Shown: positions 24,079-33,818, counted from the stretch's first letter. The stretch: DNA of 64,000 nucleotides from Candidatus Saccharimonadia bacterium (GCA_041743505.1 JBGTMQ010000009.1:40012-104011); one strand, 5' to 3'. The notes: generated from the letters alone by a model not told the origin. Made by a program: numbers and translations.

Positions 24079-24945
24079 ATGTCAACACATTTTATGCAAA
24101 TTAATCAATTATTTCTCCAAAATCCCGATTATCCCACTCAATTGAAAGAAATTGAGGCTCCACCAAGCCCGTTGTACGTACTGGGCAATTTGCCAATCGA
24201 ACCGATGATTGCCATTGTGGGAACACGGTCGTTGACGAGTTACGGCAAACTTGTGGCCTATGATCTTGCCAGCGATCTGGCCCGGGCGGGATTCCCCATC
24301 GTAAGCGGACTAGCTCTAGGCATCGATAGTGTCGCCCACCGGGCCGCCCTGGATGCAGGCGGCCGAACCGTTGCAGTTATGGCCGGCGGCCTCGACCGCA
24401 TTTACCCATCCAGCCACCGCGACATGGCCGTCGAAATCTTGACCACTGGAGGTGCTATTGTGTCTGGATACCCGGTGGGCACCGAAACCTTTAAAAACCA
24501 TTTTGTCGAACGTAACCAAATTATTTCCGGCCTCTGTATCGGCACCATTGTAGTGGAGTCCGGCGCCACCGGCGGTTCTATGCTCACGGCTAACTTTACC
24601 CTCAGACAAAACCGCACCCTTATGGCAGTCCCGGGAGACATCACCCGCCTGTCTGCCGCCGGGCCCAACAATCTCATTCGCAAAGGCGCAGTGCCCATTA
24701 CCTCCAGTACGGACGTCCTGGAAGCACTCAATCTAAAAACTGCCGCCATTCCGGCCTCTATTATCAAGGCCCAGAACCCGCATGAGGCCAAAATCGTCGA
24801 GTTGCTCAAGCATGGCACCACCAAAACCCAAAGCCTTATCGAAGAGACCGGACTTAAGCCGGCTGAGTTCGCTAGTGTTATCAGTCTCATGGAGATTACC
24901 GGCAAGGTCCGCAACCTCGGCGCCGGCGTTTGGGCCGCCCGTTAA
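24079..24945 (+). CDS. dprA: DNA processing protein DprA (Smf)
   Basis: Rossmann-like core with GLALGIDSVAHRAAL signature and GGTIAVMAGGLD-type motif. Confidence 0.85.
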   Translation: MSTHFMQINQLFLQNPDYPTQLKEIEAPPSPLYVLGNLPIEPMIAIVGTRSLTSYGKLVAYDLASDLARAGFPIVSGLALGIDSVAHRAALDAGGRTVAVMAGGLDRIYPSSHRDMAVEILTTGGAIVSGYPVGTETFKNHFVERNQIISGLCIGTIVVESGATGGSMLTANFTLRQNRTLMAVPGDITRLSAAGPNNLIRKGAVPITSSTDVLEALNLKTAAIPASIIKAQNPHEAKIVELLKHGTTKTQSLIEETGLKPAEFASVISLMEITGKVRNLGAGVWAAR

Positions 24946-24971
24946 GATAGAAGTCATGTTATAATACTAAA

Positions 24972-25934
24972 ATGAACTTTTGGCAACAACTTCCGAGGCC
25001 TTTTTTTGTGTTGGCTCCCATGGACGACGTCACGGACGTCGTATTTCGCCAACTCGTAGCCGAGGTAGACGGCCCAGAAGTCTTGTTTACCGAGTTCGTA
25101 TCCACTGACGGCCTGCAATCGCCCGGCCGCAAGCGCACTATGGAGCGACTGCGCATCGAGCCGGGTCTGAGCCGGCCACTCGTGGCACAGATCTGGGGCT
25201 CGGATCCCGAGAAATACTACGCCACAGCCCGCGACATTGCAGACATTGGCTTCGCCGGCATTGATATCAACCTCGGCTGCCCTGAGCGCGGCATTGTCGC
25301 CCGCGGCTGCTGTGGTGGTCTCATTGGCCGCAACAGCCAAGTCGCCGACATTATTGCCGCCACCAAGGCCGGCGCGCCCGAACTGCCGGTCAGTGTTAAA
25401 ACCCGCCTCGGCCTCAACCAAATTATCACCGAACAGTGGGCTGGGTTCCTGTTAACCCAAAATCTGGCCGCGCTAACCATGCATGGCCGCACAGTCCGTG
25501 AAATGAGCCGGGTCCCTGCCCACTGGGACGAAATCGCCAAAGTTGTCCAGCTGCGCAACTCACAAGCCCCCAGCACCATCATCATTGGCAACGGGGATGT
25601 TATAGACCATGCCCATGGCGAAATACTCGCCGCGCAAACCGATGTTGACGGCATTATGATCGGCCGGGGGATTTTCCACAATCTATTTACCTTTGCCAAG
25701 CAGCCAACTGAACACACTCCCGATGATATGATCCAAATTCTTCTCCGCCACCTTGAGCTATACGAACGATGGGGAAGCACTAAACCGTTTCAAGTCCTTA
25801 AAAAATTCTTCAAGGTCTACATCACAGGCTGGCCGGGAGCAGCTGAACTCCGAGCCCGGCTCATGGATGCAAAATCACCGCAAGAAGTTCGCGAAATATT
25901 GGACAAAGCCACGGCCGTACAAATTCTTCGCTAA
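24972..25934 (+). CDS. tRNA-dihydrouridine synthase
   Basis: LAPMDDVTDVVFRQL and INLGCP motifs of the Dus family; ATG is 6 nt after TATAAT (24960-24965). Confidence 0.85.
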   Translation: MNFWQQLPRPFFVLAPMDDVTDVVFRQLVAEVDGPEVLFTEFVSTDGLQSPGRKRTMERLRIEPGLSRPLVAQIWGSDPEKYYATARDIADIGFAGIDINLGCPERGIVARGCCGGLIGRNSQVADIIAATKAGAPELPVSVKTRLGLNQIITEQWAGFLLTQNLAALTMHGRTVREMSRVPAHWDEIAKVVQLRNSQAPSTIIIGNGDVIDHAHGEILAAQTDVDGIMIGRGIFHNLFTFAKQPTEHTPDDMIQILLRHLELYERWGSTKPFQVLKKFFKVYITGWPGAAELRARLMDAKSPQEVREILDKATAVQILR

Positions 25935-26188
25935 ATCCTTTGGATGTTTAACCAACCGACCTTCGCCTTCAAATCTCTGTCCAATGCGTTATTCACACTC
26001 AACAAATGCCTTTGGCAAAGAAATTCCTGGACACCACCAGATGGTGGCGAATTAGTGCAAACTTCGGGCAAAACAAGCAGAGTAAAACTCCCATGTGTGT
26101 GATATAATCCCGGACAAGTTTGTGGATTATCTCGCCAACACCCAAAACCCCGCCAAAATGGCGGGGTTTTGTCGAAACTAACGGAACT

Positions 26189-26812
26189 TTACCAGCTGTG
26201 GCGAACCGTCCAGTGGCTGTAAGCGTTTGCCCAGGAACCATAACGGCTCTTAGCATACGAATCAGCCCACTTGAGCTGGGTCACCGGGTTGGTCAGATAG
26301 TCAGCACCGAACCGCGCCATTTTACTGGCGGGCAGGGCTTGACCCAGACCATAAGCGCCGGAACCACCGTAGTTTGATTTGGTTACACCCCAGCCGGATT
26401 CCCGGCCGATGATGTAATCCACATAACCGAAATCGCTTTCGGCTATGCCAGCCGCGCGCATCCAGTCGGTGTGGGTACCCGGTACATGTACCAGAGTCAC
26501 CGCCGACTTAGCAGCTTGGCTTTTTGTGGTCTTAGCCTTCGCCGCAGCACGGACAGCCTGAGCGGCAGCCTGCTTGCGGGCCACTTCAGCCGCTTGCGCA
26601 GCGTGAAGTGGAGCTAGGACCTCGGCTTCGTAGTCCGGCTGCTTTTGGCCGATAACTACGACGCCCGAGGCCGTGTTGGTTTGAAGAGTCACCTCATAAC
26701 GTGTCTCAGCCTGGACCGGAGTCTCAGCTAAGGCGGCGGTACCCACCAGTGGGTTATTCGCCTGAGTAGCTAATAGCAGCAAAGCTGCTGTTAGCGGGGT
26801 GATGTTACGCAT
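26189..26812 (-). CDS. secreted lytic transglycosylase-like protein (IsaA/SceD-type transglycosylase domain)
   Basis: Signal peptide MRNITPLTAALLLLATQA; C-terminal IIGRESGWGVTKSNYGGSGAYGLGQALPASKMA resembles the IIxRESGGN...SGAxGLxQ transglycosylase motif. Confidence 0.6.
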   Translation of the reverse strand: MRNITPLTAALLLLATQANNPLVGTAALAETPVQAETRYEVTLQTNTASGVVVIGQKQPDYEAEVLAPLHAAQAAEVARKQAAAQAVRAAAKAKTTKSQAAKSAVTLVHVPGTHTDWMRAAGIAESDFGYVDYIIGRESGWGVTKSNYGGSGAYGLGQALPASKMARFGADYLTNPVTQLKWADSYAKSRYGSWANAYSHWTVRHSW

Positions 26813-26865
26813 AGTGGCCGCAGGGGGTGCGGCACGCTATCCTTTCGTTTACTAACTCGTCCTCA

Positions 26866-26893
26866 CGAAAAAAGACCCATATACAAGGGTCTT
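26866..26893 (-). terminator. intrinsic-terminator-like hairpin with U6 tract in the 5' leader of the transglycosylase gene
   Basis: On the minus strand AAGACCC-ttgtatat-GGGTCTT followed by TTTTTT, located between a minus-strand promoter and ATG 26812. Confidence 0.45.
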
Positions 26894-26909
26894 CTTCAGG
26901 ACGCAAAAC

Positions 26910-26938
26910 AGTATAGCTTATAATGCAACATTTGTCAA
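26910..26938 (-). promoter_or_regulatory. minus-strand promoter TTGACA-N17-TATACT upstream of the transglycosylase leader hairpin
   Basis: Reverse complement of 26910-26938 reads TTGACAaatgttgcattataagcTATACT. Confidence 0.45.
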
Positions 26939-27042
26939 CCCTTTTATGGCTATAATCGCCGCCTGAAACCGGATTCACGCTCATCTTGAGCTCAAATATC
27001 CGATAAGTTAGCCCTATAAGCCGTCAATGGTACAATATCCTT

Positions 27043-27405
27043 ATGCTTGTATTTGGCTTTATCCAGTGGTGGTACGGTCCAGGCTGGCGGGATATGGCTA
27101 ACCGTGTCATTGGCCGCGCCAGGCAAACCTACGCCTACTTCTCCATATCACTCCTACTCAGAACACTATTTCAACCCTGGCGCCGGATCATGTCTCCACC
27201 CGGAGGCTCCCTCCAGCAACGGGTACACGCCCTGGCCGATAATGCCGTATCCAGGGGCGTCGGTTTTAGCATCCGGATTATTGCACTCTTTACGGCCGTA
27301 ATAATGATTACTCTAACCCTGGTACTAGGCGGTCTATTAGTAATACTCTGGCCAATCTTGCCGCTCATTAGCATAGGACTGATGGCCGGAGGACTCGCAC
27401 TATGA
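27043..27405 (+). CDS. membrane protein (120 aa), hypothetical
   Basis: ATG 6 nt after TACAAT (27031-27036); two hydrophobic helices; stop overlaps the next gene start. Confidence 0.5.
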   Translation: MLVFGFIQWWYGPGWRDMANRVIGRARQTYAYFSISLLLRTLFQPWRRIMSPPGGSLQQRVHALADNAVSRGVGFSIRIIALFTAVIMITLTLVLGGLLVILWPILPLISIGLMAGGLAL

Positions 27406-29843
27406 ACGAGCACTCGTTTAATAGTTTCTCTGCCCGCGTTTCTGAGGCCCGCCTCCAAGCGCACTGGGCCAAGCAAATCGCCTCAGGGATATTAGTCCTA
27501 TCCGGACTCCTGGCAGCCACTGCCGCCCTTTTGTGGTTAACCGGCTACCACAAAGCCCTCAGCTTAGCCGGAGCAGCTATCGGACTGATATGTATATGGT
27601 TTTGGCTCAAGCGCGAGGTTCTTACTCTAACCGCCGCTCCCATCGGCAGCACAACCCGGCTCGAGTCATTACTGCCCCCTGAACTCGTTGCTGCCTACCG
27701 CCCGAATCAAACCGCCACCGAGCTCTGGAACATCATATCCGGCACCTGGCAGGCCAAGTTTATGATGACCCGGTTCGGGCTGCATCCGGACGTCATTGCG
27801 GCCAGCCTGGCCGATACCACATTTAGCCACGACCAGCTTTGGAACGAAGCTGCTAGCCGGGCCGGGGCAGCCGGCACAACCAGGCTAAGTCCCGCCACCA
27901 TCATGGCCGGGGTCATCAGCCTGTCACCATCGCTCCAAAACCTCCTCACCGCCGTCAAGCTAACCCCGGCCGATATCGACGAAGGAGTAGCGTGGCTGGC
28001 CCGGCTAGAAGCCTTCCAGCATGCCGAGCGGCCGACCTATGGTGGTATCGCCCGGGATTGGGCAGCCGGCTTTACTCCCACATTGTCGCACTTCGGTCAA
28101 AACATCAGCCGCCAGGTTGAGCTAGGCGGCCAGCAATTTGGTATCCAGGAGCGTACCAATCAACTTGACTCCCTCATTAGCGCGCTAGCCAGCGCCAATG
28201 GCAGCGTGACCGTAATCGGCGAGCCCGGCATCGGTAAAACAGCCCTCCTATATGGCTTGGCAGACCGCCTTCTGCAGGGCAAAAGCAATGCCAACCTCGA
28301 TCATTATCAGATCTTCTCGCTCAACGCTACGCTCATTTTGAGCCAACAAGAGCATGCCGGCGATCTCGAACGCATTGTCATGACATTATTATCCGAAGCT
28401 ATCCATGCCGGCAATATTGTCGTAGCACTCGACGAAGCCCAGCTTTTCTTCGGGCAGGGAACCGGTGCCGTCAATCTGAGCCAGATTTTATTGCCGGTGC
28501 TCCAATCCCGCAACCTCAAGCTCGTACTAGGTTTAACCCCGGGAGACTGGCAGAAACTTAAAGCCACTAATACCGCCATGACCAGCCTGCTGACGCCTTT
28601 GGTTCTCACTGAAGCACCCCAAGCTGAAACTATCCGGCTCTTAGCCGACCGGGCACTCATCCTCGAAGGCGGGCGATTCATTACCACCTACCCGGCCTTG
28701 GTCGAAGCCTACCGCCTATCAGGACGGTATTTTCAGGAAGAAGCTTATCCTGGCCGGGCGCTCAAGCTCCTCGAAGCTGCCCTAAATTATCCCGAAGGAC
28801 CTTTTATTACCCCAGTTAGCGTCCAGCAAGCCGTTGAAAGCCAGATCGGGGTCAAGGTCCAAACCGCCAGCGCCGACGAGTCCGACGTGCTCCTGCACTT
28901 AGAAGACCGCATCCACCAACGCATGATCAACCAGAGCCGCGCCGTTAGCGTAGTTGCCGCAGCGCTGCGCCGTGCCCGGGCCGGTGTATCCAACCCCAAA
29001 CGGCCCATCGGCTCATTCCTGTTCTTAGGCCCGACCGGCGTTGGTAAAACTGAGCTAGCCCGCAGCCTAGCCGCGCTTTACTTTGGCTCCGAAGCCAATA
29101 TGATCCGCCTCGATATGAGCGAGTACCAACAAACCACGGACGTAACGCGCCTGCTCGCTAGTGCCGCCGACAACCCGGCCGGATTGCTGGCCAAGGTTCG
29201 CACATCACCTTTTAGTGTTGTGTTATTCGATGAGATCGAAAAAGCCAACCCGAATATCCTCAATCTTTTCCTCCAGTTACTGGATGAAGGCAATCTGACC
29301 GACTCGTCCAACAAACCAGCCTCATTCAAAGATGCCATCGTCATTGCCACGTCTAACGCCGGCGCCGATGAGATTCGCAAACACATCGAAGCCGGCGAAG
29401 AACTGGAAGCCTTTGAGCAAAAGTTCACCGAAGATCTCATTACCTCCGGGCAATTTAAGCCGGAATTGCTCAACCGCTTTGATGAAATCGTTTTGTTCAG
29501 GCCACTCAAGCCCATCGAGCTGGTCGAAGTCGTCAAGCTAATGGTTGGCGAGGTCAACCACACCCTTGAACCGCAAAAGATCCAAGTCGCCCTGACCGAC
29601 GCCGCCATTGCCCAGCTCGTAGCGGCCGGCTACGACCCACGGCTGGGTGCCCGACCTATGCGCCGCATGGTCCAGCGCCGGGTCGAAGACGCCGTAGCCG
29701 GCCAAATACTGCGTGGCCAAGCCAAAGCTGGCGATACTATCACCCTGGACCTGGCCGATGTCGGCGGAGTAACCGCCAGCCCCAGCCCGCAGCAACCCAA
29801 GGCCGGCGTACTCTACGAACGCCCTAACGATGCCGACCAATAA
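27402..29843 (+). CDS. Clp/Hsp100-family AAA+ ATPase (ClpB/ClpC-like, two AAA modules) with an N-terminal double-TM membrane anchor
   Basis: D1 Walker A VIGEPGIGKTAL, D1 Walker B VVALDEAQ, D2 Walker A FLGPTGVGKTELA, D2 Walker B VVLFDEIEKA, sensor-2 GARPMRRMV; residues ~25-75 form two hydrophobic helices. Confidence 0.8.
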   Translation: MNEHSFNSFSARVSEARLQAHWAKQIASGILVLSGLLAATAALLWLTGYHKALSLAGAAIGLICIWFWLKREVLTLTAAPIGSTTRLESLLPPELVAAYRPNQTATELWNIISGTWQAKFMMTRFGLHPDVIAASLADTTFSHDQLWNEAASRAGAAGTTRLSPATIMAGVISLSPSLQNLLTAVKLTPADIDEGVAWLARLEAFQHAERPTYGGIARDWAAGFTPTLSHFGQNISRQVELGGQQFGIQERTNQLDSLISALASANGSVTVIGEPGIGKTALLYGLADRLLQGKSNANLDHYQIFSLNATLILSQQEHAGDLERIVMTLLSEAIHAGNIVVALDEAQLFFGQGTGAVNLSQILLPVLQSRNLKLVLGLTPGDWQKLKATNTAMTSLLTPLVLTEAPQAETIRLLADRALILEGGRFITTYPALVEAYRLSGRYFQEEAYPGRALKLLEAALNYPEGPFITPVSVQQAVESQIGVKVQTASADESDVLLHLEDRIHQRMINQSRAVSVVAAALRRARAGVSNPKRPIGSFLFLGPTGVGKTELARSLAALYFGSEANMIRLDMSEYQQTTDVTRLLASAADNPAGLLAKVRTSPFSVVLFDEIEKANPNILNLFLQLLDEGNLTDSSNKPASFKDAIVIATSNAGADEIRKHIEAGEELEAFEQKFTEDLITSGQFKPELLNRFDEIVLFRPLKPIELVEVVKLMVGEVNHTLEPQKIQVALTDAAIAQLVAAGYDPRLGARPMRRMVQRRVEDAVAGQILRGQAKAGDTITLDLADVGGVTASPSPQQPKAGVLYERPNDADQ

Positions 29844-29930
29844 GGTTTACTTATACGACCATTCATTCTACAATTACTTCGCTTCATCACGAAGCTACGG
29901 ATATTGCCCACGCGACCATAGGAGTCCCCG

Positions 29931-30242
29931 ATGGGATCACTGGACCCGCAAAGCATCATCAAGGAGACGGCCCGGGGAACTGATGCCGCCCTAGGCTACA
30001 TTCTGATGGTGGGCGCCGAAACAGTTGCCATTCAGAGCCGTACGCTCGGCTCAATCGCCACCATCCGGCAAAAACTCCATGAATACGATGGCCAGCTCGC
30101 CGCAGCAGCCCAGAAGCTAAGCGCCCAAACAGGCGCGCAATGTACTACCCCGGATTGGCGCGAGTTTCTCCTTCTTGAGGCGCTGGAGATATACAGTCAA
30201 GCAGACCAACCGTCACTTCTCACCCGCCTGAAGGCTTCATGA
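29931..30242 (+). CDS. hypothetical protein (103 aa)
   Basis: AGGAG RBS 5 nt upstream; no recognised domain. Confidence 0.45.
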   Translation: MGSLDPQSIIKETARGTDAALGYILMVGAETVAIQSRTLGSIATIRQKLHEYDGQLAAAAQKLSAQTGAQCTTPDWREFLLLEALEIYSQADQPSLLTRLKAS

Positions 30243-30399
30243 CAGCCTAACCGCCGACCCAACCTCAGCCGCCAATACTCATCCGGGTATTGGCGGCTTA
30301 ACATTTCTCCAAAGCATATCCATACTATTGTAACTTAGCCCAATGCAACGCCTGCCGGCAAAGAGCATTATCATCCTAAGTAACCGTGAGGTATTTGCC

Positions 30400-30846
30400 A
30401 TGGCACGTCTTGATTCGCCCAAGCGGCGCGAACAACGCGATCGCAGCAGCAGCGATAACAACGAGTTTTACGGAGACCACGATAAATTCTACGAAAGCAT
30501 CGCGGCGCCTGCCCGACAATCATATTATGAACCGGGCACAGCCGGTGACTACACACCAGTGGAGCAAGTCGTACAAATTGTGGCTGGCATCTTAAACCTG
30601 CTGCTGGCACTGCGATTTGTGATGGCCCTTTTTACATCAGACACTTCAAATGCCTTCGTGGCAGTACTATTTGCAGCAACTGATTGGCTCGTGGCACCGT
30701 TTCAAAGCCTATTCGCCAGTCCGCCACCCACAAACGGCATCGGCTTCTTCGACTTACCAGCCCTAGCAGCTATCGTAGCCGTCTGGGTACTGGCCTGGAT
30801 AATCAGCATGATTGCCCGCGGTTCCAAGCCTGACTCAACATCGTAA
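30400..30846 (+). CDS. YggT-family-like membrane protein with disordered N-terminus
   Basis: C-terminal LRFVMALFTSD...DWLVAPFQSLF...GIGFFDLPALAAIVAVWVLAWII resembles the YggT/Ycf19 repeat (..TEPLL.P.R...G.DFSP..); ATG 30400 preceded by GTGAGGT. ORF track start 30343 also possible. Confidence 0.45.
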   Translation: MARLDSPKRREQRDRSSSDNNEFYGDHDKFYESIAAPARQSYYEPGTAGDYTPVEQVVQIVAGILNLLLALRFVMALFTSDTSNAFVAVLFAATDWLVAPFQSLFASPPPTNGIGFFDLPALAAIVAVWVLAWIISMIARGSKPDSTS

Positions 30847-30950
30847 TAACCAGTTTTCACTCAAACAACAAAGACTTTTAAGATTGCGACTTAAGAGTCT
30901 TTGTTGCATAATAGACCCCGTCTGGTGTCCTTCGTCCCCCGGAGGTAGTC

Positions 30951-31586
30951 TTGAAAACCACCTGGCGCACGTTCATCGAGTCCAAACGCCGCCCGGTATC
31001 GCGTGCTCTGATCATGCTCGTCACTTCGTTCATGACCATAACAGCAGGGGTCGCCTGGTGGTTTCTCCATTCCGACAACCTGCCTTTCGCGGTTCTTACG
31101 GCCGCATTTGCGCTGTATGAAGCCTTCATCGCCGGGAACATGCTGATCGGATATTGGGCAGTGCGTCCGACTCGCATCGCAACTTACAAGCTCAAAGACC
31201 AGCTGGACACCTTTTTGCTCGGGCATCAAATGGCAGCCGTACAGTCAAGCAGCGGTATCTACACGATCCTTCAGCTAAAACACTCTCTGCACGTTTTTCA
31301 CATCCACGACGAGGACCTTATACGGGTAGCTGAAAGCGACGACCAGCAGCCCGAAGTTGTCTTAAAAGTCTGGACTATCATCCCGACAATCAGTCAGACT
31401 TGGCAAGCCGTTAAAATTATCAAAACAACGGTCGAAGAAACCCGGCTGCTTGAATCCGCAAGCCTCATCAGGATGTCATTCGCCCTCAACGAACCAATCA
31501 CCGATAGCTTGCCAGCCGAGCCCCAAGAGATTGTCGACTTCACATCTGAGCTTGCCGACGGACAGATCATCGAGCGACAGGCCTAG
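30951..31586 (+). CDS. membrane-anchored hypothetical protein, paralog A of a tandem pair (TTG start)
   Basis: GGAGG + 5 nt + TTG; two N-terminal TM helices then a soluble domain. Shares (A/G)NQ/MLIGY, (L/I)HVxxEDxxRxxE...PEVVLK and TIxTT blocks with the next gene. Confidence 0.55.
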   Translation: MKTTWRTFIESKRRPVSRALIMLVTSFMTITAGVAWWFLHSDNLPFAVLTAAFALYEAFIAGNMLIGYWAVRPTRIATYKLKDQLDTFLLGHQMAAVQSSSGIYTILQLKHSLHVFHIHDEDLIRVAESDDQQPEVVLKVWTIIPTISQTWQAVKIIKTTVEETRLLESASLIRMSFALNEPITDSLPAEPQEIVDFTSELADGQIIERQA

Positions 31587-31688
31587 CCCAGGCAACAAAA
31601 CAGCAGGTCTCCCGACCGACTATTGGCCGGGGGACTTCTTTATGATATAAATACTATTCGCCAATCGTTCACAACCTAGGGAGCAGCC

Positions 31689-32336
31689 TTGAAAGGCATC
31701 TGGGGTAAACTCATTGGTAGCCTACGCGACAACCCAACTCTGCGTTTCATAGCTTTGCCCCTGGTTATGTTAGTGGTTCTAATTGAGGCTGCCATCTTCC
31801 GCTTCCAAACTACCACCCTGCCAGCTATGACTTTGTACCTGCTACTAGCCGCCCTGTGCATCTTTTTGGCCGCCAACCAGATCATCGGATATCGAGCGGA
31901 TACCGTCCACCGGTCTGCAACTCTCACGTTCATAGCTTACGTGAGAACAATTCTTGCCGAAAACAAGCAGGTTGCACTCATATCCGGCTCGGGATACCAC
32001 CACCTTATTCAAATGAACAATGGCGTTGTCATTCTCCACGTCGATAGCGAAGATGTCAGCCGGGCGCGGGAAACCCCCAATGATCCACCGGAGGTGGTCC
32101 TAAAAATCTGCGTAGCCTCTAGCACCATCAACAAAACCGTCCAGACTATCAGAACCACCAGGCTCGTAGTCAAAGATGAGTTTATCGGGCTTCCTGGCAC
32201 CGTCATCGACCTCATGCTATCGCTTCGTCCAAAGGATGCTCTTACGGGCAAGGGTGCTATTCCGGCAGAGTTAAAGGAAATCATCGAGCTAATAGCTCAA
32301 CTGGAACAAGGACGCATTTTTTTCCGCTTCCAGTAA
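31689..32336 (+). CDS. membrane-anchored hypothetical protein, paralog B of the tandem pair (TTG start)
   Basis: GGGAG + 5 nt + TTG, same translation-initiation architecture as paralog A; conserved blocks as above. Confidence 0.55.
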   Translation: MKGIWGKLIGSLRDNPTLRFIALPLVMLVVLIEAAIFRFQTTTLPAMTLYLLLAALCIFLAANQIIGYRADTVHRSATLTFIAYVRTILAENKQVALISGSGYHHLIQMNNGVVILHVDSEDVSRARETPNDPPEVVLKICVASSTINKTVQTIRTTRLVVKDEFIGLPGTVIDLMLSLRPKDALTGKGAIPAELKEIIELIAQLEQGRIFFRFQ

Positions 32337-32400
32337 GTAAGCGTCACACACAAGCCCCAGCCAGATTATGGCTGGGGCTACTATTTTATTAGTCTAAAAG

Positions 32401-33615
32401 CTACCGAGTAATCGGAGCGCGGCCGTTCACAAACGTCAGCGCATGCCCACGAGCCCCTGCCCGGCCAGTCCGGCCTATACGGTGCACGTAGTCATCGTAC
32501 TGCTTTGGTGCATCATAATTGATAACGTGCGATACGTTCGGGATATCAAGACCACGTGCAGCCACATCGGTCGCAATCAAAGCCTGCACCCGTTCGCTCT
32601 TAAAGTCATTCAGAGCCTTCTGGCGTTGTGGCTGGCTCTTATTGCCATGAATTGCCGTCACCTTAAAACCTTGTTTGTTCAGGCGGTCGCTGAGCTTCTG
32701 AACACCCCACTTGGTCTCACCAAAGATGAGGACTTTCTTAAACGACGGGTCTCCCAGCAGCTCAACCAATTTGAGCTCCTTGGCTTCTTTGCCACCATCC
32801 ACGTACACTACATCCTGCTCGACATGGTCACTCGTTTCACCCTTGCGAACACTAACCGTGACCGGGTCTTTAAGAATAGTCGTAATGAGCTGTTCAATAT
32901 CAGGCGTAATAGTTGCGCTCAAAAACAACGTTTGGCGCTGCTCAGGCACGTGGCTCATAATGGCGCGGATATCACGGATAAAGCCCATGTCCAACATGCG
33001 ATCAGCCTCATCTAGCACCAGAACGTCGAAACCGTCCAGCTTAATGCCGTAGTTTTCCAACAAATCCTTAATGCGGCCGGGCGTACCAATAATAAACTGC
33101 GGCCGGCGGCGCAATTGCGACAACTGTTTATTGATCGAAGCGCCACCTACCACCAACGCGGCATAGACATTAAGACCGGCGGCAAACATCCGGAACTCTT
33201 CCTCAATCTGCACCGCCAGCTCACGGGTCGGCACCATAATGAGTGCCCGGTGGGCTTTGCGTTCCATCATTCGCTGAAGCGTCGGCAGCAGAAACGCCGC
33301 CGTCTTACCCGTACCAGTGTTGGCCAAGCCAATCAGGTCGCGGCCTTCCAGCACATGCGTAATAGCCCCGTCCTGAATCGGTGTCGGGTGCTCATAGCCA
33401 TGTGACTCCACATTGGACTGCAAGCGCTTGTCAAAGCCAAAATCAACAAACGTGTTGGTTGGCTCAAACACCACTTCTTCACGCACAGCTATAGCTTTAT
33501 TAATAAATTTATTCGGATCGATCGTCTTTTCGCGCACAGGGCGGCGATTTTTCGACGAATACATTGGGCGCGCACCACGACGGCCACGTCCAGACAGTGA
33601 ACTCTGTGGATACAA
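32401..33615 (-). CDS. DEAD-box ATP-dependent RNA helicase with an N-terminal Arg/Gly-rich extension
   Basis: Q-motif region (FDKRLQSNVESHGYEHPTPIQ), motif I ANTGTGKT, motif II VLDEADRM, SAT, and HRIGRTGRAG. Confidence 0.85.
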   Translation of the reverse strand: MYPQSSLSGRGRRGARPMYSSKNRRPVREKTIDPNKFINKAIAVREEVVFEPTNTFVDFGFDKRLQSNVESHGYEHPTPIQDGAITHVLEGRDLIGLANTGTGKTAAFLLPTLQRMMERKAHRALIMVPTRELAVQIEEEFRMFAAGLNVYAALVVGGASINKQLSQLRRRPQFIIGTPGRIKDLLENYGIKLDGFDVLVLDEADRMLDMGFIRDIRAIMSHVPEQRQTLFLSATITPDIEQLITTILKDPVTVSVRKGETSDHVEQDVVYVDGGKEAKELKLVELLGDPSFKKVLIFGETKWGVQKLSDRLNKQGFKVTAIHGNKSQPQRQKALNDFKSERVQALIATDVAARGLDIPNVSHVINYDAPKQYDDYVHRIGRTGRAGARGHALTFVNGRAPITR

Positions 33616-33818
33616 AGGGATTCCTTTATTTACTTAAAACTGCCTCCATGAACATCAGCAGCTTTGAGTAGAGGAACCGCGGATTCACGAATACAATTGC
33701 CATTACTGTAGCACAAAGATTTAGTTTTGTCCATTGATTAACAAAAAATTGATGGTATTATACATTTGTCCAGAGGAAGTACCTAATTTGGCCGGCCGAA
33801 ACTTGAGAGGTAACTACA

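Noticed and set aside
26813-27042. Cyclic-di-AMP (ydaO-type) riboswitch upstream of the transglycosylase, as seen for Rpf genes in Actinobacteria
   Set aside because: The predicted TSS-to-terminator distance (~10 nt) is far too short for the ~130-nt aptamer, and no pseudo-symmetric aptamer motifs were recognised.
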